Program-made: the position numbers and the translations under genes
The notes under the pieces: model-generated
What the model was told of the DNA's origin: nothing
Database searches by the model: none
What the model saw: the letters and a program-made list of their open reading frames with translations, nothing else
From: an uncultured Candidatus Saccharibacteria bacterium
Lineage (GTDB): Bacteria > Patescibacteriota > Minisyncoccia > Phycocordibacterales > CAZNKJ01
DNA length: 64,000 nt
Direction: 5' to 3'
Assembly: GCA_964574145.1 (NCBI GenBank)
Contig: CAZNKJ010000003.1
Span: forward strand, 4,787-68,786
Part shown: positions 28,011-37,941 of the stretch, one piece after another
Layout: each line of letters begins with the position of its first letter
How positions within the stretch are numbered: the stretch's first letter is position 1

Positions 28011-30317
28011 ATGAATAAAAGGGGGAAAGTTTATGGACGTGGGGTGACTGTGAGGCACTCTTTGAACGGACGTCGAGTACCCATTCAAACAAACAACCTC
28101 AATGAAGGACGTTCAGCATCCTTCATTGAAAAACCCCCTATTAGAAGTGGGACTTCTAATAGGGGGGGGGGGGGCGATTTTCCCACTTTTCTAAAACTTG
28201 CTATAACCACGGGCGTGGTACTCTCTTTTGCAGTTATATTCTTCGTCTTTAATACATTTGGAGAAACAAAAATAAATATAACTTTAAATTCCAACTCAGA
28301 CCTCAACGACGGTCTCGTCGGCCACTGGACATTTGACGGCCCCGACCTTTTGCAAAATGTTGCAGACACAAGCGGTAACGGAAACACAGGATATCTGGCT
28401 GGCTTTACTTCCACAACTACAGTAATGGGGAAGGTTGGTCAGGCGTTGGAATTTGATGGAGTGGATGATTATATGATTACCAAAAGCTTAATGTCTTCGG
28501 CAAGCACTGAAACGTTATCCTTTTGGGTATATGCGAAAGATTCAGGAGTCATTGTATCCGAACTAGGTCAGCAAAAGATAAACTCAGGTTACCATTATAT
28601 AAAAGTAGGATTAAATCAAAACAATGAGTTGAAAGGTAACATCTGGAATTGTAATAATGGTTTGGTTTTTGGGACCATTAATTTAAATATATGGTACCAC
28701 GTCACATTGATTTATGACGGTAATGCGGAGTTTGCGTATTTAGATGGAAGTTTAAAAAATAGTGTATCCTGTTCGAGATCCCCAACTGGGACACAGTATT
28801 TAGCATTTGCTGCAACTGATACACAAACAGCAGGAGGGTTTAATGACTCAGGCTACTTCACTGGCTCCATAGACGACGTCCGTCTATACAACCGCGCTCT
28901 CTCAGCAGACGAAGTCTCTCGCCTCTACGACCTCGGCGCAACCACTTATATAAACAAAACTCTCACCACCAACCCTTCACTCAACGACGGTTTAGTGGGG
29001 TATTGGACATTTGACGGCCCTTTAAGTACTCAGATTACAGATAGTAGTGGTACAGGAAATGCGGGTTACTTTGGAGCTTCTTCAAACGCAACAAACACAC
29101 TGCTGGCCATAGGGAACATAGGACAAGCAGTAAATTTTGATGGAATTGGAGACAATATGTATATTGGTAATGGTGTTCTTAGTCAAACCGAACCAAATGG
29201 TTTCTCTGCATTCATGTGGCTCAAGTCCTCAGAGGCTAATAACGGCAAATATTTTTTTGAGCGAGGGGGGTCAGGTTCATTTTATATGAATTCATGGGCA
29301 TCAAAAGCATCTTGTCGTATTAGAAACTCAGCCTCGACTTATTTTACAACTCCATCAGTGTCTATATTAGATGGAGAATGGCATCATGTAGGTTGCTCTT
29401 TTTCAACTACAACAAAAGCATTTACAATGTATGTGGATGGCGCTTCCACCACATCCAAAAACGCAAGTACCTTTGATAAATTTCCAGATAATGCTACATG
29501 GTTTACCATTGGTGGTCGGAAAGGCGGTAATTTTGCGCAAGGAACATATGACGACTTTCGTGTATACAACCGCTCTCTATCTCAAGACGAAGTAAAACGT
29601 CTCTATCAACAAGGCGCAACTACTTATATAAACAAAACTCTCACCACTAACCCCTCACTCAACGACGGTCTCGTCGGCCACTGGACATTTGACGGCCCGG
29701 ACCTTTTGCAAAATGTTGCAGACACAAGCGGTAATGGCAACACGGGGTATTTAACAGGCTTTACTTCCACAACTACAGTTATTGGAAAAATAGGACAAGC
29801 TTTAAGCTTTGATGGGGTTGATGATTATGTGGATCTTTCTTCGCTTGCGGTATCAACATTTATTTCTGATTTTAGTGTGAGTGTTTGGTTTAAAGCAGAA
29901 AATTTTAATAATTCATATGCAGAAATAGTTGGAACAGGGTCGACTCCATCTAGTAATGAAGTCTGGGTTTTAAGAGTACATAACAGTAATGGTGACCAAA
30001 TAGGAGATCTGCTTTTTAGGGGTAATGCGGCAAATGGTGGAGATATAAGTACTGATTCTGGTTTTAATGTGACTAGTGGGATTTGGTATAATGCAATTTT
30101 TTTATATGACGTGACAACAGGAAGTTCTACTGTGTACCTAAATGGAGTAAAAGGGAACGATAACACAGTATCTACTGGTGGCTTTACTGGAGGAAGTTTT
30201 AGCCTTTCACCGAAGTTTTCGAGTAGGTACTTCAATGGTTCAATGGACGATGTTCGCGTCTATAATCGTATATTAGGTGTAGACGAAATAAAAAAATTGT
30301 ACGAACTAGGTAATTAA
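28011..30317 (+). CDS. Large surface/secreted protein with four LamG (concanavalin A-like lectin) domains and an N-terminal TM anchor
   Basis: Repeated LNDGLVGHWTFDG...DDVRLYNRALSADEV LamG_3-type modules. A hydrophobic helix follows the poly-G-encoded GGGG. Confidence 0.8.
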   Translation: MNKRGKVYGRGVTVRHSLNGRRVPIQTNNLNEGRSASFIEKPPIRSGTSNRGGGGDFPTFLKLAITTGVVLSFAVIFFVFNTFGETKINITLNSNSDLNDGLVGHWTFDGPDLLQNVADTSGNGNTGYLAGFTSTTTVMGKVGQALEFDGVDDYMITKSLMSSASTETLSFWVYAKDSGVIVSELGQQKINSGYHYIKVGLNQNNELKGNIWNCNNGLVFGTINLNIWYHVTLIYDGNAEFAYLDGSLKNSVSCSRSPTGTQYLAFAATDTQTAGGFNDSGYFTGSIDDVRLYNRALSADEVSRLYDLGATTYINKTLTTNPSLNDGLVGYWTFDGPLSTQITDSSGTGNAGYFGASSNATNTLLAIGNIGQAVNFDGIGDNMYIGNGVLSQTEPNGFSAFMWLKSSEANNGKYFFERGGSGSFYMNSWASKASCRIRNSASTYFTTPSVSILDGEWHHVGCSFSTTTKAFTMYVDGASTTSKNASTFDKFPDNATWFTIGGRKGGNFAQGTYDDFRVYNRSLSQDEVKRLYQQGATTYINKTLTTNPSLNDGLVGHWTFDGPDLLQNVADTSGNGNTGYLTGFTSTTTVIGKIGQALSFDGVDDYVDLSSLAVSTFISDFSVSVWFKAENFNNSYAEIVGTGSTPSSNEVWVLRVHNSNGDQIGDLLFRGNAANGGDISTDSGFNVTSGIWYNAIFLYDVTTGSSTVYLNGVKGNDNTVSTGGFTGGSFSLSPKFSSRYFNGSMDDVRVYNRILGVDEIKKLYELGN
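28162..28174 (+). repeat. Homopolymeric G13 tract inside the LamG gene
   Basis: 13 consecutive G read directly from the sequence. They encode GGGG upstream of the TM segment. Confidence 0.9.
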
Positions 30318-30335
30318 ACCCCCACTCAAGCAAAA

Positions 30336-30520
30336 ATCTCCAAAGGAAATCTCCAAAGGTTAAACCTCTGCAGAAAACCTCTGAGACTAAAAAACTCCAG
30401 AGGTTAAACCTCTGGAGACTTAAGTCCGGTTAAACTCTGCCGTCCAAAGGTTCCAGAGGAGGTTCCAAAGGTTAAACCTCTGGAGACTTGCACGACTTGC
30501 AGAGGTTTAACCTTTGGAGG
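30336..30520. repeat. Cluster of short palindromic repeats
   Basis: Four copies (one inverted) of the hairpin unit CCARAGGTTAAACCTCTGG, plus a tandem ATCTCCAAAGG. Confidence 0.8.
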
Positions 30521-30580
30521 GCTTTTAAACAATTTTGGGTAGACAAAACTACATGATTACTCCCATGTTATAATTGATGT

Positions 30581-33500
30581 ATGGTAACATCTAAATCTTT
30601 TGAAAAGCATTATAGGAGGCTCAATAAAGAACAAAAAAGAGCTGTAGATACTATTGAGGGTCCTGTTATGGTAATAGCAGGGCCTGGTACAGGAAAGACC
30701 CAGATCCTTACTCTCCGTATTGCCAATATCCTAAGGAATACTGACACATCTCCTGACAGTATTTTAGCACTTACTTTTACTGAAGCGGGGGTGGTGGCGA
30801 TGCGTAAGCGTTTGGTTGAGATTATAGGAAGCGATGCATATCGTGTAGGAATTTACACTTTTCATGGATTTGCCAATATTTTAATCAACAATCATCCAGA
30901 TGAATATCCTCGTATTGTGGGAGCGAGTAATGTCAATGATATTGATAGAATAACTATTCTAAAAGAAATAATACAAAGTACAAAACTAAAGATTTTGAAA
31001 CCTTTTGGAGACCCATTTTATTATATCCATCATATTCTTTCTGGGATTAGCGAGCTGAAGAGAGAAAACGTTAGTCCTGATAACGTGAACAAGCTTTTAC
31101 AGAAAAGGAAAAGTGATTATAAAAACATAGAAGATACACGTCATGTAAAAGGTCCTCATGCGGGGAAGGTCAAGGGTAAATATCAGAGTATAGAAAGACA
31201 GCTTTTAAAAGATGAAGAGCTGATAATTCTTTATAGGAGATATGAAAAAGAATTAAAAGATCGTCGCCTCTATGACTATGAGGACATGATACTAGAGACC
31301 GTAAAGGCGTTAGAGAATAATGAAAACTTTCTTCTTTCATTGGAAGAGAAATTCCAGTACATACTTGCGGACGAGCATCAGGATGCGAATAATTCTCAAA
31401 ATAAAATTTTGGAGTTACTTTCTAGTTTTCATCAGTCACCGAATCTCTTTTTAGTGGGGGATGAAAAGCAGGCCATCTATCGATTTCAGGGTGCATCTCT
31501 GGAGAATTTTTTATATTTTACAGAAAGACATAAAGATGCTGAGATTATAAACCTGAATGACAATTATCGCTCCAAACAAGGTATATTGAACGCAGCGCAT
31601 TCTTTAATTACAAAGGGGGAGTTATCCAGACATCAGTCAAAAAACCCACAAATAGCACATATAAAAGGGGGTGGTGACGAAGTGGACATACTATCTTTCT
31701 CACGACCGGAGTTTGAGTATGCACATCTTGCCGTCAACATAAAAAGACATATTGAGGAGGGGATAGATCCTCGGGAAATTGCAGTATTATATCGAAATAA
31801 CAACGATGTTTCTCTTATAGTACCTGCGCTAGAGCGTGAACGTGTGCCATTTATTATTGAGTCTAATCAAAACGCTCTTGAAGATTTGGATATGAAAAAA
31901 ATCATTGCTATTCTCTACGCAGTGCATTTTTTTGGAAACGAAGAACGTTTGATTTCTGTTCTTTCTGTAGATTTTCTTGGAATTCCTCCAATAGATCTTT
32001 ATAAAATATTGCGATTTCGCTCTAATAAAAAAATATCAGTATATGATCTTGTCCGATCAAAGGTACTGCTTAAAAAAGCGGGCGTAAAAAAAATAAATAA
32101 AGTCTATGATCTATACAAAAATCTTTCTTCATGGAGTATTATGTCCAAGAATAAGAGCCTGCTTGAATCTTTGGAAATCATCGCGAATAAGTCAGGATTC
32201 TGGGGGCATCTAATAACTCACGAAAGAGCTCAAGAAAAATTGGATATTTATAGCGGACTGGTGCGAGACATAGAGCAACTTGTTGAGAATCATAGAGAGT
32301 ATACTCTAAAAGATCTTATCAAGTATTTTGATCTTCTCTACGAGCACAATCTTCTTGTTAAAAGAACTCGTCGTAATTCGCGTATGCCGTCGGTACGTCT
32401 TATGACAGTACATCGTGCAAAAGGTTTGGAGTTTGACTATGTATATTTGCCTAGGGTGGTGGATGGACATTGGGGTAATAAACGTACAATAAAACATTTC
32501 TCTCTATCTGAGAGTGTTAAAGACACTAACCACGATCCAGTTCTTGATGAACGTCGTCTTTTTTATGTTGCTCTCACACGCGCTCGGTATGGAGTAAGTA
32601 TTTCATATGCTACAGAGGGTGTGGATGGAAAAGAGTTGCTGCCATCTCTCTTTATTGAAGAAATAGGAAGTCAGAACTTTTCTATAATTGAAACGAGTAA
32701 TTTTGAAAAAAAACATAGCCCTTTAAAACTGCTCGCACCGCGTATTCCAACTCTGATGCCAGTAACAGAAACAAAGTATTTACAGGAACTTTTTTTTGAA
32801 CAAGGGTTTTCAGTAACCGCACTTAATAATTATTTACGTGATCCGTGGGAGTATTTTTTTGGTAATTTATTACGAGTTCCTAAGGCTCCAACAAGAAGTA
32901 TGTTGTTTGGAATTGCTATGCATAATGCCATGCATGATTTATTTGAACGATTAGAGTCAGGAAATAAGATAGATAAAGCGTATCTTTTGTCTCGTTTTCG
33001 ACATTCTCTTAACAAGCAACCTCTTTCAAGTACAGAGTATGAAGAATCTTTGGAGAAAGGTGAATATGCATTATCTGGGTATTACGAGGCCAATAAGGAT
33101 ACGTTTGCTCCAACCCTAGGTAATGAATTTTCTATTAAAATTCAGTTTCCTATTGGAGACGGAGAAAATATTACTTTACGGGGAATTTTGGACAAGATAG
33201 AGAGTGTCTCAGAGAATGAAGTACGTGTAGTTGATTATAAAACTGGTAGAGTGCGTTCACGAAATGATATTATGGGGCTTACCAAAACATCAAATGGTGA
33301 TTACATGCGCCAACTGGTTTTTTATAAATTACTGCTTTCTTATTATGAAAATGGAAAGTACAGTATGACAACAGGCGTTATAGATTTTCTGGAACCCGAT
33401 AAAAATAATAAATATCACAAAGAGGAGTTTGTGGTTACTGATGATGATGTAGAAGAACTCAAAGAGCTTATTCGTAGTAGCGCAAGAGAGATTTTAGAAT

Positions 33501-33583
33501 TGTCTTTTTGGAATTCTGCTTGTGATCCGAAGAAGAGTCATTTTTGTAATTTACAAGAGCTCCTCAAGGAGTCTTATTCTTAA
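30581..33583 (+). CDS. UvrD/PcrA-family SF1 helicase fused to a C-terminal PD-(D/E)xK (RecB/Cas4-like) nuclease
   Basis: Walker A AGPGTGKTQ and UvrD motifs (ILALTFT, DEHQDANN, YRFQGA, VHRAKGLEFD). C-terminal VVDYKTGRV...YMRQLVFYKLL nuclease motifs. Confidence 0.8.
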   Translation: MVTSKSFEKHYRRLNKEQKRAVDTIEGPVMVIAGPGTGKTQILTLRIANILRNTDTSPDSILALTFTEAGVVAMRKRLVEIIGSDAYRVGIYTFHGFANILINNHPDEYPRIVGASNVNDIDRITILKEIIQSTKLKILKPFGDPFYYIHHILSGISELKRENVSPDNVNKLLQKRKSDYKNIEDTRHVKGPHAGKVKGKYQSIERQLLKDEELIILYRRYEKELKDRRLYDYEDMILETVKALENNENFLLSLEEKFQYILADEHQDANNSQNKILELLSSFHQSPNLFLVGDEKQAIYRFQGASLENFLYFTERHKDAEIINLNDNYRSKQGILNAAHSLITKGELSRHQSKNPQIAHIKGGGDEVDILSFSRPEFEYAHLAVNIKRHIEEGIDPREIAVLYRNNNDVSLIVPALERERVPFIIESNQNALEDLDMKKIIAILYAVHFFGNEERLISVLSVDFLGIPPIDLYKILRFRSNKKISVYDLVRSKVLLKKAGVKKINKVYDLYKNLSSWSIMSKNKSLLESLEIIANKSGFWGHLITHERAQEKLDIYSGLVRDIEQLVENHREYTLKDLIKYFDLLYEHNLLVKRTRRNSRMPSVRLMTVHRAKGLEFDYVYLPRVVDGHWGNKRTIKHFSLSESVKDTNHDPVLDERRLFYVALTRARYGVSISYATEGVDGKELLPSLFIEEIGSQNFSIIETSNFEKKHSPLKLLAPRIPTLMPVTETKYLQELFFEQGFSVTALNNYLRDPWEYFFGNLLRVPKAPTRSMLFGIAMHNAMHDLFERLESGNKIDKAYLLSRFRHSLNKQPLSSTEYEESLEKGEYALSGYYEANKDTFAPTLGNEFSIKIQFPIGDGENITLRGILDKIESVSENEVRVVDYKTGRVRSRNDIMGLTKTSNGDYMRQLVFYKLLLSYYENGKYSMTTGVIDFLEPDKNNKYHKEEFVVTDDDVEELKELIRSSAREILELSFWNSACDPKKSHFCNLQELLKESYS

Positions 33584-33690
33584 AATATTTCGACAAGTTT
33601 TGAGAGCTAGTAGGGCTTTTGATTATAAGATGTCTCTCTTGTATTTCCATGTTAAGATCAAATATAATTTCATTATAATATATTAATTAT

Positions 33691-34512
33691 ATGGATATTT
33701 TTTCAGGTATTATTTTAGGCACAGTACAAGGGCTTACCGAATTTCTACCCATTTCTTCAACAGGGCATTTGATAATAGTTAGAGATCTTTTAGGTTTAAA
33801 GATGGACTACGGGCTTTCCTTTGATGCTGTGCTTCACTTTGCTACAGCTGGAGCAGTCTTTGTTTATTTCAGCGCTGATTTTTTTGGTTTTATAAAAAAT
33901 ACTTGGTTATGGCTTAGGGGTTCTTTTGTGGAAAAGCGAGATAAGCAGTTAATAGCGGCTCTTTTGATTGGAACAATTCCTGCTGTTTTGTTTGGTTTAG
34001 CTCTTGAGAAATATATAGAAACTACTTTTCGTAGTGTAAATTTTGTTGCTTGGGGTCTTATTGTCGGGTCTATTTTGTTTTTAATAGCAGAATATTATTC
34101 TAAAAAAATTGCAGAGAGAGGGAGTTTAGAGAAAAATATTTCCGTAAAAAACGGCTTAATCATTGGTTTTTTTCAGACACTAGCATTAGTCCCTGGCATG
34201 TCTCGTTCAGGTGCCACCATTTCAGGAGGTCTTTTGTTAGGACTTTCACGAGAAGAAGCAACAAGGTTCGCTTTTTTATTATCATTTCCAATAATAGTTG
34301 GAGCTGGAAGTAAGAGTGTTTTGGATTTAGGAGTCGGAGGAGTTCTTTCCAGCATAGGTCCATCTTTAATAGCTGCTATTCTAGCCGCGTTTATTTCTGG
34401 AATGTTCGCTATTCATTTTTTGTTGAAGTATTTAAAAACGCACACGCTTAATGTTTTTGTTTTCTACCGTCTTATCCTAGCTGCTGTTATTTTGATTTAT
34501 ATTTCTGTCTAA
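33691..34512 (+). CDS. uppP: Undecaprenyl-diphosphatase
   Basis: GLTEFLPISSTGHLII signature of BacA/UppP. Polytopic membrane protein. Confidence 0.9.
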   Translation: MDIFSGIILGTVQGLTEFLPISSTGHLIIVRDLLGLKMDYGLSFDAVLHFATAGAVFVYFSADFFGFIKNTWLWLRGSFVEKRDKQLIAALLIGTIPAVLFGLALEKYIETTFRSVNFVAWGLIVGSILFLIAEYYSKKIAERGSLEKNISVKNGLIIGFFQTLALVPGMSRSGATISGGLLLGLSREEATRFAFLLSFPIIVGAGSKSVLDLGVGGVLSSIGPSLIAAILAAFISGMFAIHFLLKYLKTHTLNVFVFYRLILAAVILIYISV

Positions 34513-34532
34513 GGAGTCTTGGTACAAGATTT

Positions 34533-35108
34533 TCAAAATGGTAAAGTATGGGTCATTGATGAGGTCTCTTCATCTTCCCATGTGGAAGTGTTGAGCTTAA
34601 TTTCTCGTATTTCACTCAGGTCTTTGTATTTTAGTGTGTTGTGTTCACGAGCATAATCGTAAATTTCTTTAGTTATACGTACGTCATCTAAACAGTATTT
34701 TTTGACCTTTTCTATTTCACCGTTTTTCCACCATAAAACAGCCTCTAACCCTTTCCCACTTTTGCCTTTACCAAGTGTTCCTTCTGCAACTGCATCCAAT
34801 CGTAGTCGTCGTCCTGTTGCCTTGCGGATTTCTTTAAGTAAATCTAGACTTTTTATATTTGTTAGATCTCCTGGGTAGTATTTATTAAGAAGAGGTATGT
34901 CAAAATGGTCTGAATTATAACCGATAAGCATATTAGCAGATTCTATAAGTGGCCATAGTTTTGGAAGGTCTTCTTCTAGATAGCTTGTGTATAGATCCAT
35001 GAGTGAATCATAAACTCCTACCACAGACAGATCTAAAAGGGCTGGGTCGGCACGACCCACATCCTGGAATATATTTTTTGTCTCAATATCAAAAATAATT
35101 TTTCTCAT
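34533..35108 (-). CDS. DEDDy-type 3'-5' exonuclease (DnaQ-like fold)
   Basis: Exo I FDIET, Exo II YNSDHFDIPLL and Exo III YCLDDV motifs. Confidence 0.6.
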   Translation of the reverse strand: MRKIIFDIETKNIFQDVGRADPALLDLSVVGVYDSLMDLYTSYLEEDLPKLWPLIESANMLIGYNSDHFDIPLLNKYYPGDLTNIKSLDLLKEIRKATGRRLRLDAVAEGTLGKGKSGKGLEAVLWWKNGEIEKVKKYCLDDVRITKEIYDYAREHNTLKYKDLSEIREIKLNTSTWEDEETSSMTHTLPF

Positions 35109-35180
35109 TTTATTTTGTTCTAAATATCAATTAAAAATTCCCGCTAAAGAGTTAAATATATTAGAATTTGTTGCAGAATT

Positions 35181-36425
35181 TTATATATCTTCAGACCAAA
35201 TCTTGTCTGCTATATTTTCTTCTTTAACAGAAAATTCTTTACCAGTATTGAGATTCTTTATTACAAATTGTTTTGTTTTTATCTCAGTCTCTCCTATGGC
35301 TATTAAAAACGGTATCGCTTGCTTTGAAGCTGTTTTGATTTGATCACCGATCTTTTTACCAAGTATATTTACAGCTACATTTATACCCTGCGTACGCAGT
35401 GTACTAGCAAGTTTTTCTGCATAGGGTATCTGAGCTTTATCTATAGTAGCCAAATAGAGGTCAGTATTTGGTGCGTATTCTGGCAGTAGAGCGTGTGTTT
35501 CGAGAAAGTCTCGCATAGTGACATCTCCCATACCAAAACCTACAGCTGGAATATTTTCTATGCCGAACATGTCAAACAAGTTGTCATAACGACCGCCACC
35601 AAAAAGGGATCTATTGTTTTCTGGGGCTAGGTCAAAAACTTCAAATATTATTCCTGTATAATAGTCAAAACCGCGTACTAGCGTTGGAGAAAACACTACA
35701 TTCTTAATATTTCGTGCCTTGAGTCCCTCAACAATATTTTTTGTCTCAGTGTCTATCTCAAAGTCTAGTGAAATTTCAGTACCTAAAATGTCTTTGGCTT
35801 TCTCTTCAAAATCTTTAATTTTGTCACGCTTATCAAGTAAGCGATAAAATTCTTTTTTTTGTTCGTCATCAAGATTGAATTTTTCTAAAGCCTTGTTGAG
35901 AGATTTTCTATTATTTATACGGATCTCATATTCAGTTTCTTTTGCGCCGAATGCACTCATGATATCTGCGGCAAGTGTAATAATTTCTATCTCAGCTTCT
36001 ATTCCAGGAACTCCGAAAATATCGCTGTTTAATTGCCAGTGCTCACGCAGACGTCCGCGCTGTGGTCGTTCGTAGCGGAACACATTGGGTACAGAATACC
36101 AGCGTAATGGAAAAGCTAGCTCTCTTTTGCGTGCAGCAACAAGACGCGCCACGCTGGGTGTCATTTCAGGACGGAGAGTAACTCGTCTATCGCCCCTGTC
36201 TGTGAAAGTGTATGTTTGTTCGCTTACAATCTCCTCACTTGTTTTGCCTTCGTATAACTCTGCTGGTTCTAATATTGAAGAAGAATATTCAGCGTAACCA
36301 TATTTTTCTACTATTTCGCGCATGGTATTTGCGATATAGTTTTGTATAAACATATCTTCGGGATAAAAATCCCGTACACCTTTATATGGTTCGGTTGACA
36401 GCTTGTTTTTATTAGTATCTTTCAT
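35181..36425 (-). CDS. hisS: Histidyl-tRNA synthetase (copy 1)
   Basis: KGVRDFYPEDM and class II motifs. Host-like AT-rich composition. Confidence 0.9.
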   Translation of the reverse strand: MKDTNKNKLSTEPYKGVRDFYPEDMFIQNYIANTMREIVEKYGYAEYSSSILEPAELYEGKTSEEIVSEQTYTFTDRGDRRVTLRPEMTPSVARLVAARKRELAFPLRWYSVPNVFRYERPQRGRLREHWQLNSDIFGVPGIEAEIEIITLAADIMSAFGAKETEYEIRINNRKSLNKALEKFNLDDEQKKEFYRLLDKRDKIKDFEEKAKDILGTEISLDFEIDTETKNIVEGLKARNIKNVVFSPTLVRGFDYYTGIIFEVFDLAPENNRSLFGGGRYDNLFDMFGIENIPAVGFGMGDVTMRDFLETHALLPEYAPNTDLYLATIDKAQIPYAEKLASTLRTQGINVAVNILGKKIGDQIKTASKQAIPFLIAIGETEIKTKQFVIKNLNTGKEFSVKEENIADKIWSEDI

Positions 36426-36616
36426 AGAGATTGTTCATGAATTGTAACAAATTGAGAAAAGAACAGAAAGAGTAACCAGATATCAAGCTATTTTTGTCAG
36501 ATATTTATTTTTTATTACTTTTGTTATTCTGAGTTTATCTTGAGTTGAGTAATGTGTTTGGGAATCTGAAGAGGGGAATATTTCTTCATTAGAATTTTAA
36601 TGTTACAACAAGGGGT

Positions 36617-37363
36617 ATGAAAGAGGTAGTATCGTATAAAAAAAGACGAGGAGAAACTCCATTGCAGGCGTTATCGCGGTTACGAAAAGAAAGACCTAGG
36701 TTTGCAAAAGAAAAACTTTCATACGCTGGTCGCCTCGACCCACTTGCCGAGGGTTTACTTTTGATATTAGTTGGAGATGCAAATAAAGAACGTGACAAGT
36801 ATCTTAATTTACCCAAGAAATATATTTTTGAAGTCTTATTTGGGTGGAGTACAGACTCGTACGATATAGCTGGGAAACTTGTAGAAACTTCCTCAGAAAA
36901 AATTTCACCCATTCTTCTTATGGAAGGTGTTGGTGCTTTTGTTGGTGTGTATGAGCAAACCTACCCTCCGTTTTCTTCAAAACCAGTACAAGGTAAGCCT
37001 CTTTTTGAGTGGGCTAAAGAAGGACGTCTTTCGGAGATCAAAATACCCTCACATAAGGTTGAAATTTTCAACGCGGTAATTTTAAAAACGGGAAAAATAA
37101 GTGGTTCTGAGCTTGATGAATATGTACATGATTCCGTAACTTCACTTTCTGGTGATTTTCGACAAGAAGAAATTCTAGCTTGTTGGGAAGGCAATCTTAG
37201 TGGAACATATTCGCATAACTATGATACTGCAACCATAGAGATAACCTGTACTAGCGGAACATATGTCCGTGTGTTGGCACAAGAATTGGGTAAGAAGATG
37301 GGAGTACCAGCATTGACTCTTCGTATTGTGCGTACGGAGGTGGGGAAGTATTCTTTGGATTAA
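36617..37363 (+). CDS. truB: tRNA pseudouridine55 synthase
   Basis: YAGRLDPLAEGLLLILVGDANK catalytic-Asp motif. Confidence 0.85.
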   Translation: MKEVVSYKKRRGETPLQALSRLRKERPRFAKEKLSYAGRLDPLAEGLLLILVGDANKERDKYLNLPKKYIFEVLFGWSTDSYDIAGKLVETSSEKISPILLMEGVGAFVGVYEQTYPPFSSKPVQGKPLFEWAKEGRLSEIKIPSHKVEIFNAVILKTGKISGSELDEYVHDSVTSLSGDFRQEEILACWEGNLSGTYSHNYDTATIEITCTSGTYVRVLAQELGKKMGVPALTLRIVRTEVGKYSLD

Positions 37364-37390
37364 AGAGGATTAATTTTAGCTGGACAGATT

Positions 37391-37933
37391 TTATATCTGA
37401 TCTCTTGTTTGTTTTTTTGATTGAGAGTCTTGAGCTTTTGTGATTATTTCTCGTACATGTTTTGGGTTGGATATTCCATGCATCACGAATTCTAGCTCTT
37501 CACCAGCGGTTTGAACATGAATATCACCAAAATTTAAGAGAGTCGGGATAAATCCACTAGTTTCAATAGTCACATCTTGTATTTTTTCAATAAGTAACAC
37601 GGATATTTTTCGATGGAAAAAACCCTTTTGTTCAATATCTACTATGCGCTTGTCTGTAATAATCCAAAGGTCTAGGAAGTAGTCGGTCCATATTCCCATA
37701 CCACGCATCCAAAAAATAAGAAGCCAAGCTGATCCCAAAAATGTTATCCAAGAGTTACTTAGTAGTATAGTCACAGAGCGTGAACCTATAAGCAAATCGT
37801 AGCCAGCGACAAATGGATAAAGTATAAAAGGAGCTATAGCCAAGACTACTGTTCCTAAAATTTCTCCCGAAAGAATAAACCAGTGTTTTCGGCGTCGCAG
37901 AAGTATAGTTTCATCTTTTGAAATATTAAACAT
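37391..37933 (-). CDS. Membrane protein with a bacterial PH-like domain (YdbS/YdbT-like)
   Basis: N-terminal LLRRRKHWFIL followed by two TM helices and a C-terminal soluble domain. Confidence 0.45.
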   Translation of the reverse strand: MFNISKDETILLRRRKHWFILSGEILGTVVLAIAPFILYPFVAGYDLLIGSRSVTILLSNSWITFLGSAWLLIFWMRGMGIWTDYFLDLWIITDKRIVDIEQKGFFHRKISVLLIEKIQDVTIETSGFIPTLLNFGDIHVQTAGEELEFVMHGISNPKHVREIITKAQDSQSKKQTRDQI

Positions 37934-37941
37934 AATTATTT

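Noticed and set aside
30336-30520. CRISPR array.
   Set aside because: Units are palindromic and irregularly spaced, with partial or inverted copies and no unique spacers of constant length. No cas genes.
36589-36912. 107-aa minus-strand ORF overlapping the truB start.
   Set aside because: Overlaps the conserved TruB catalytic region on the opposite strand. No RBS or motif.
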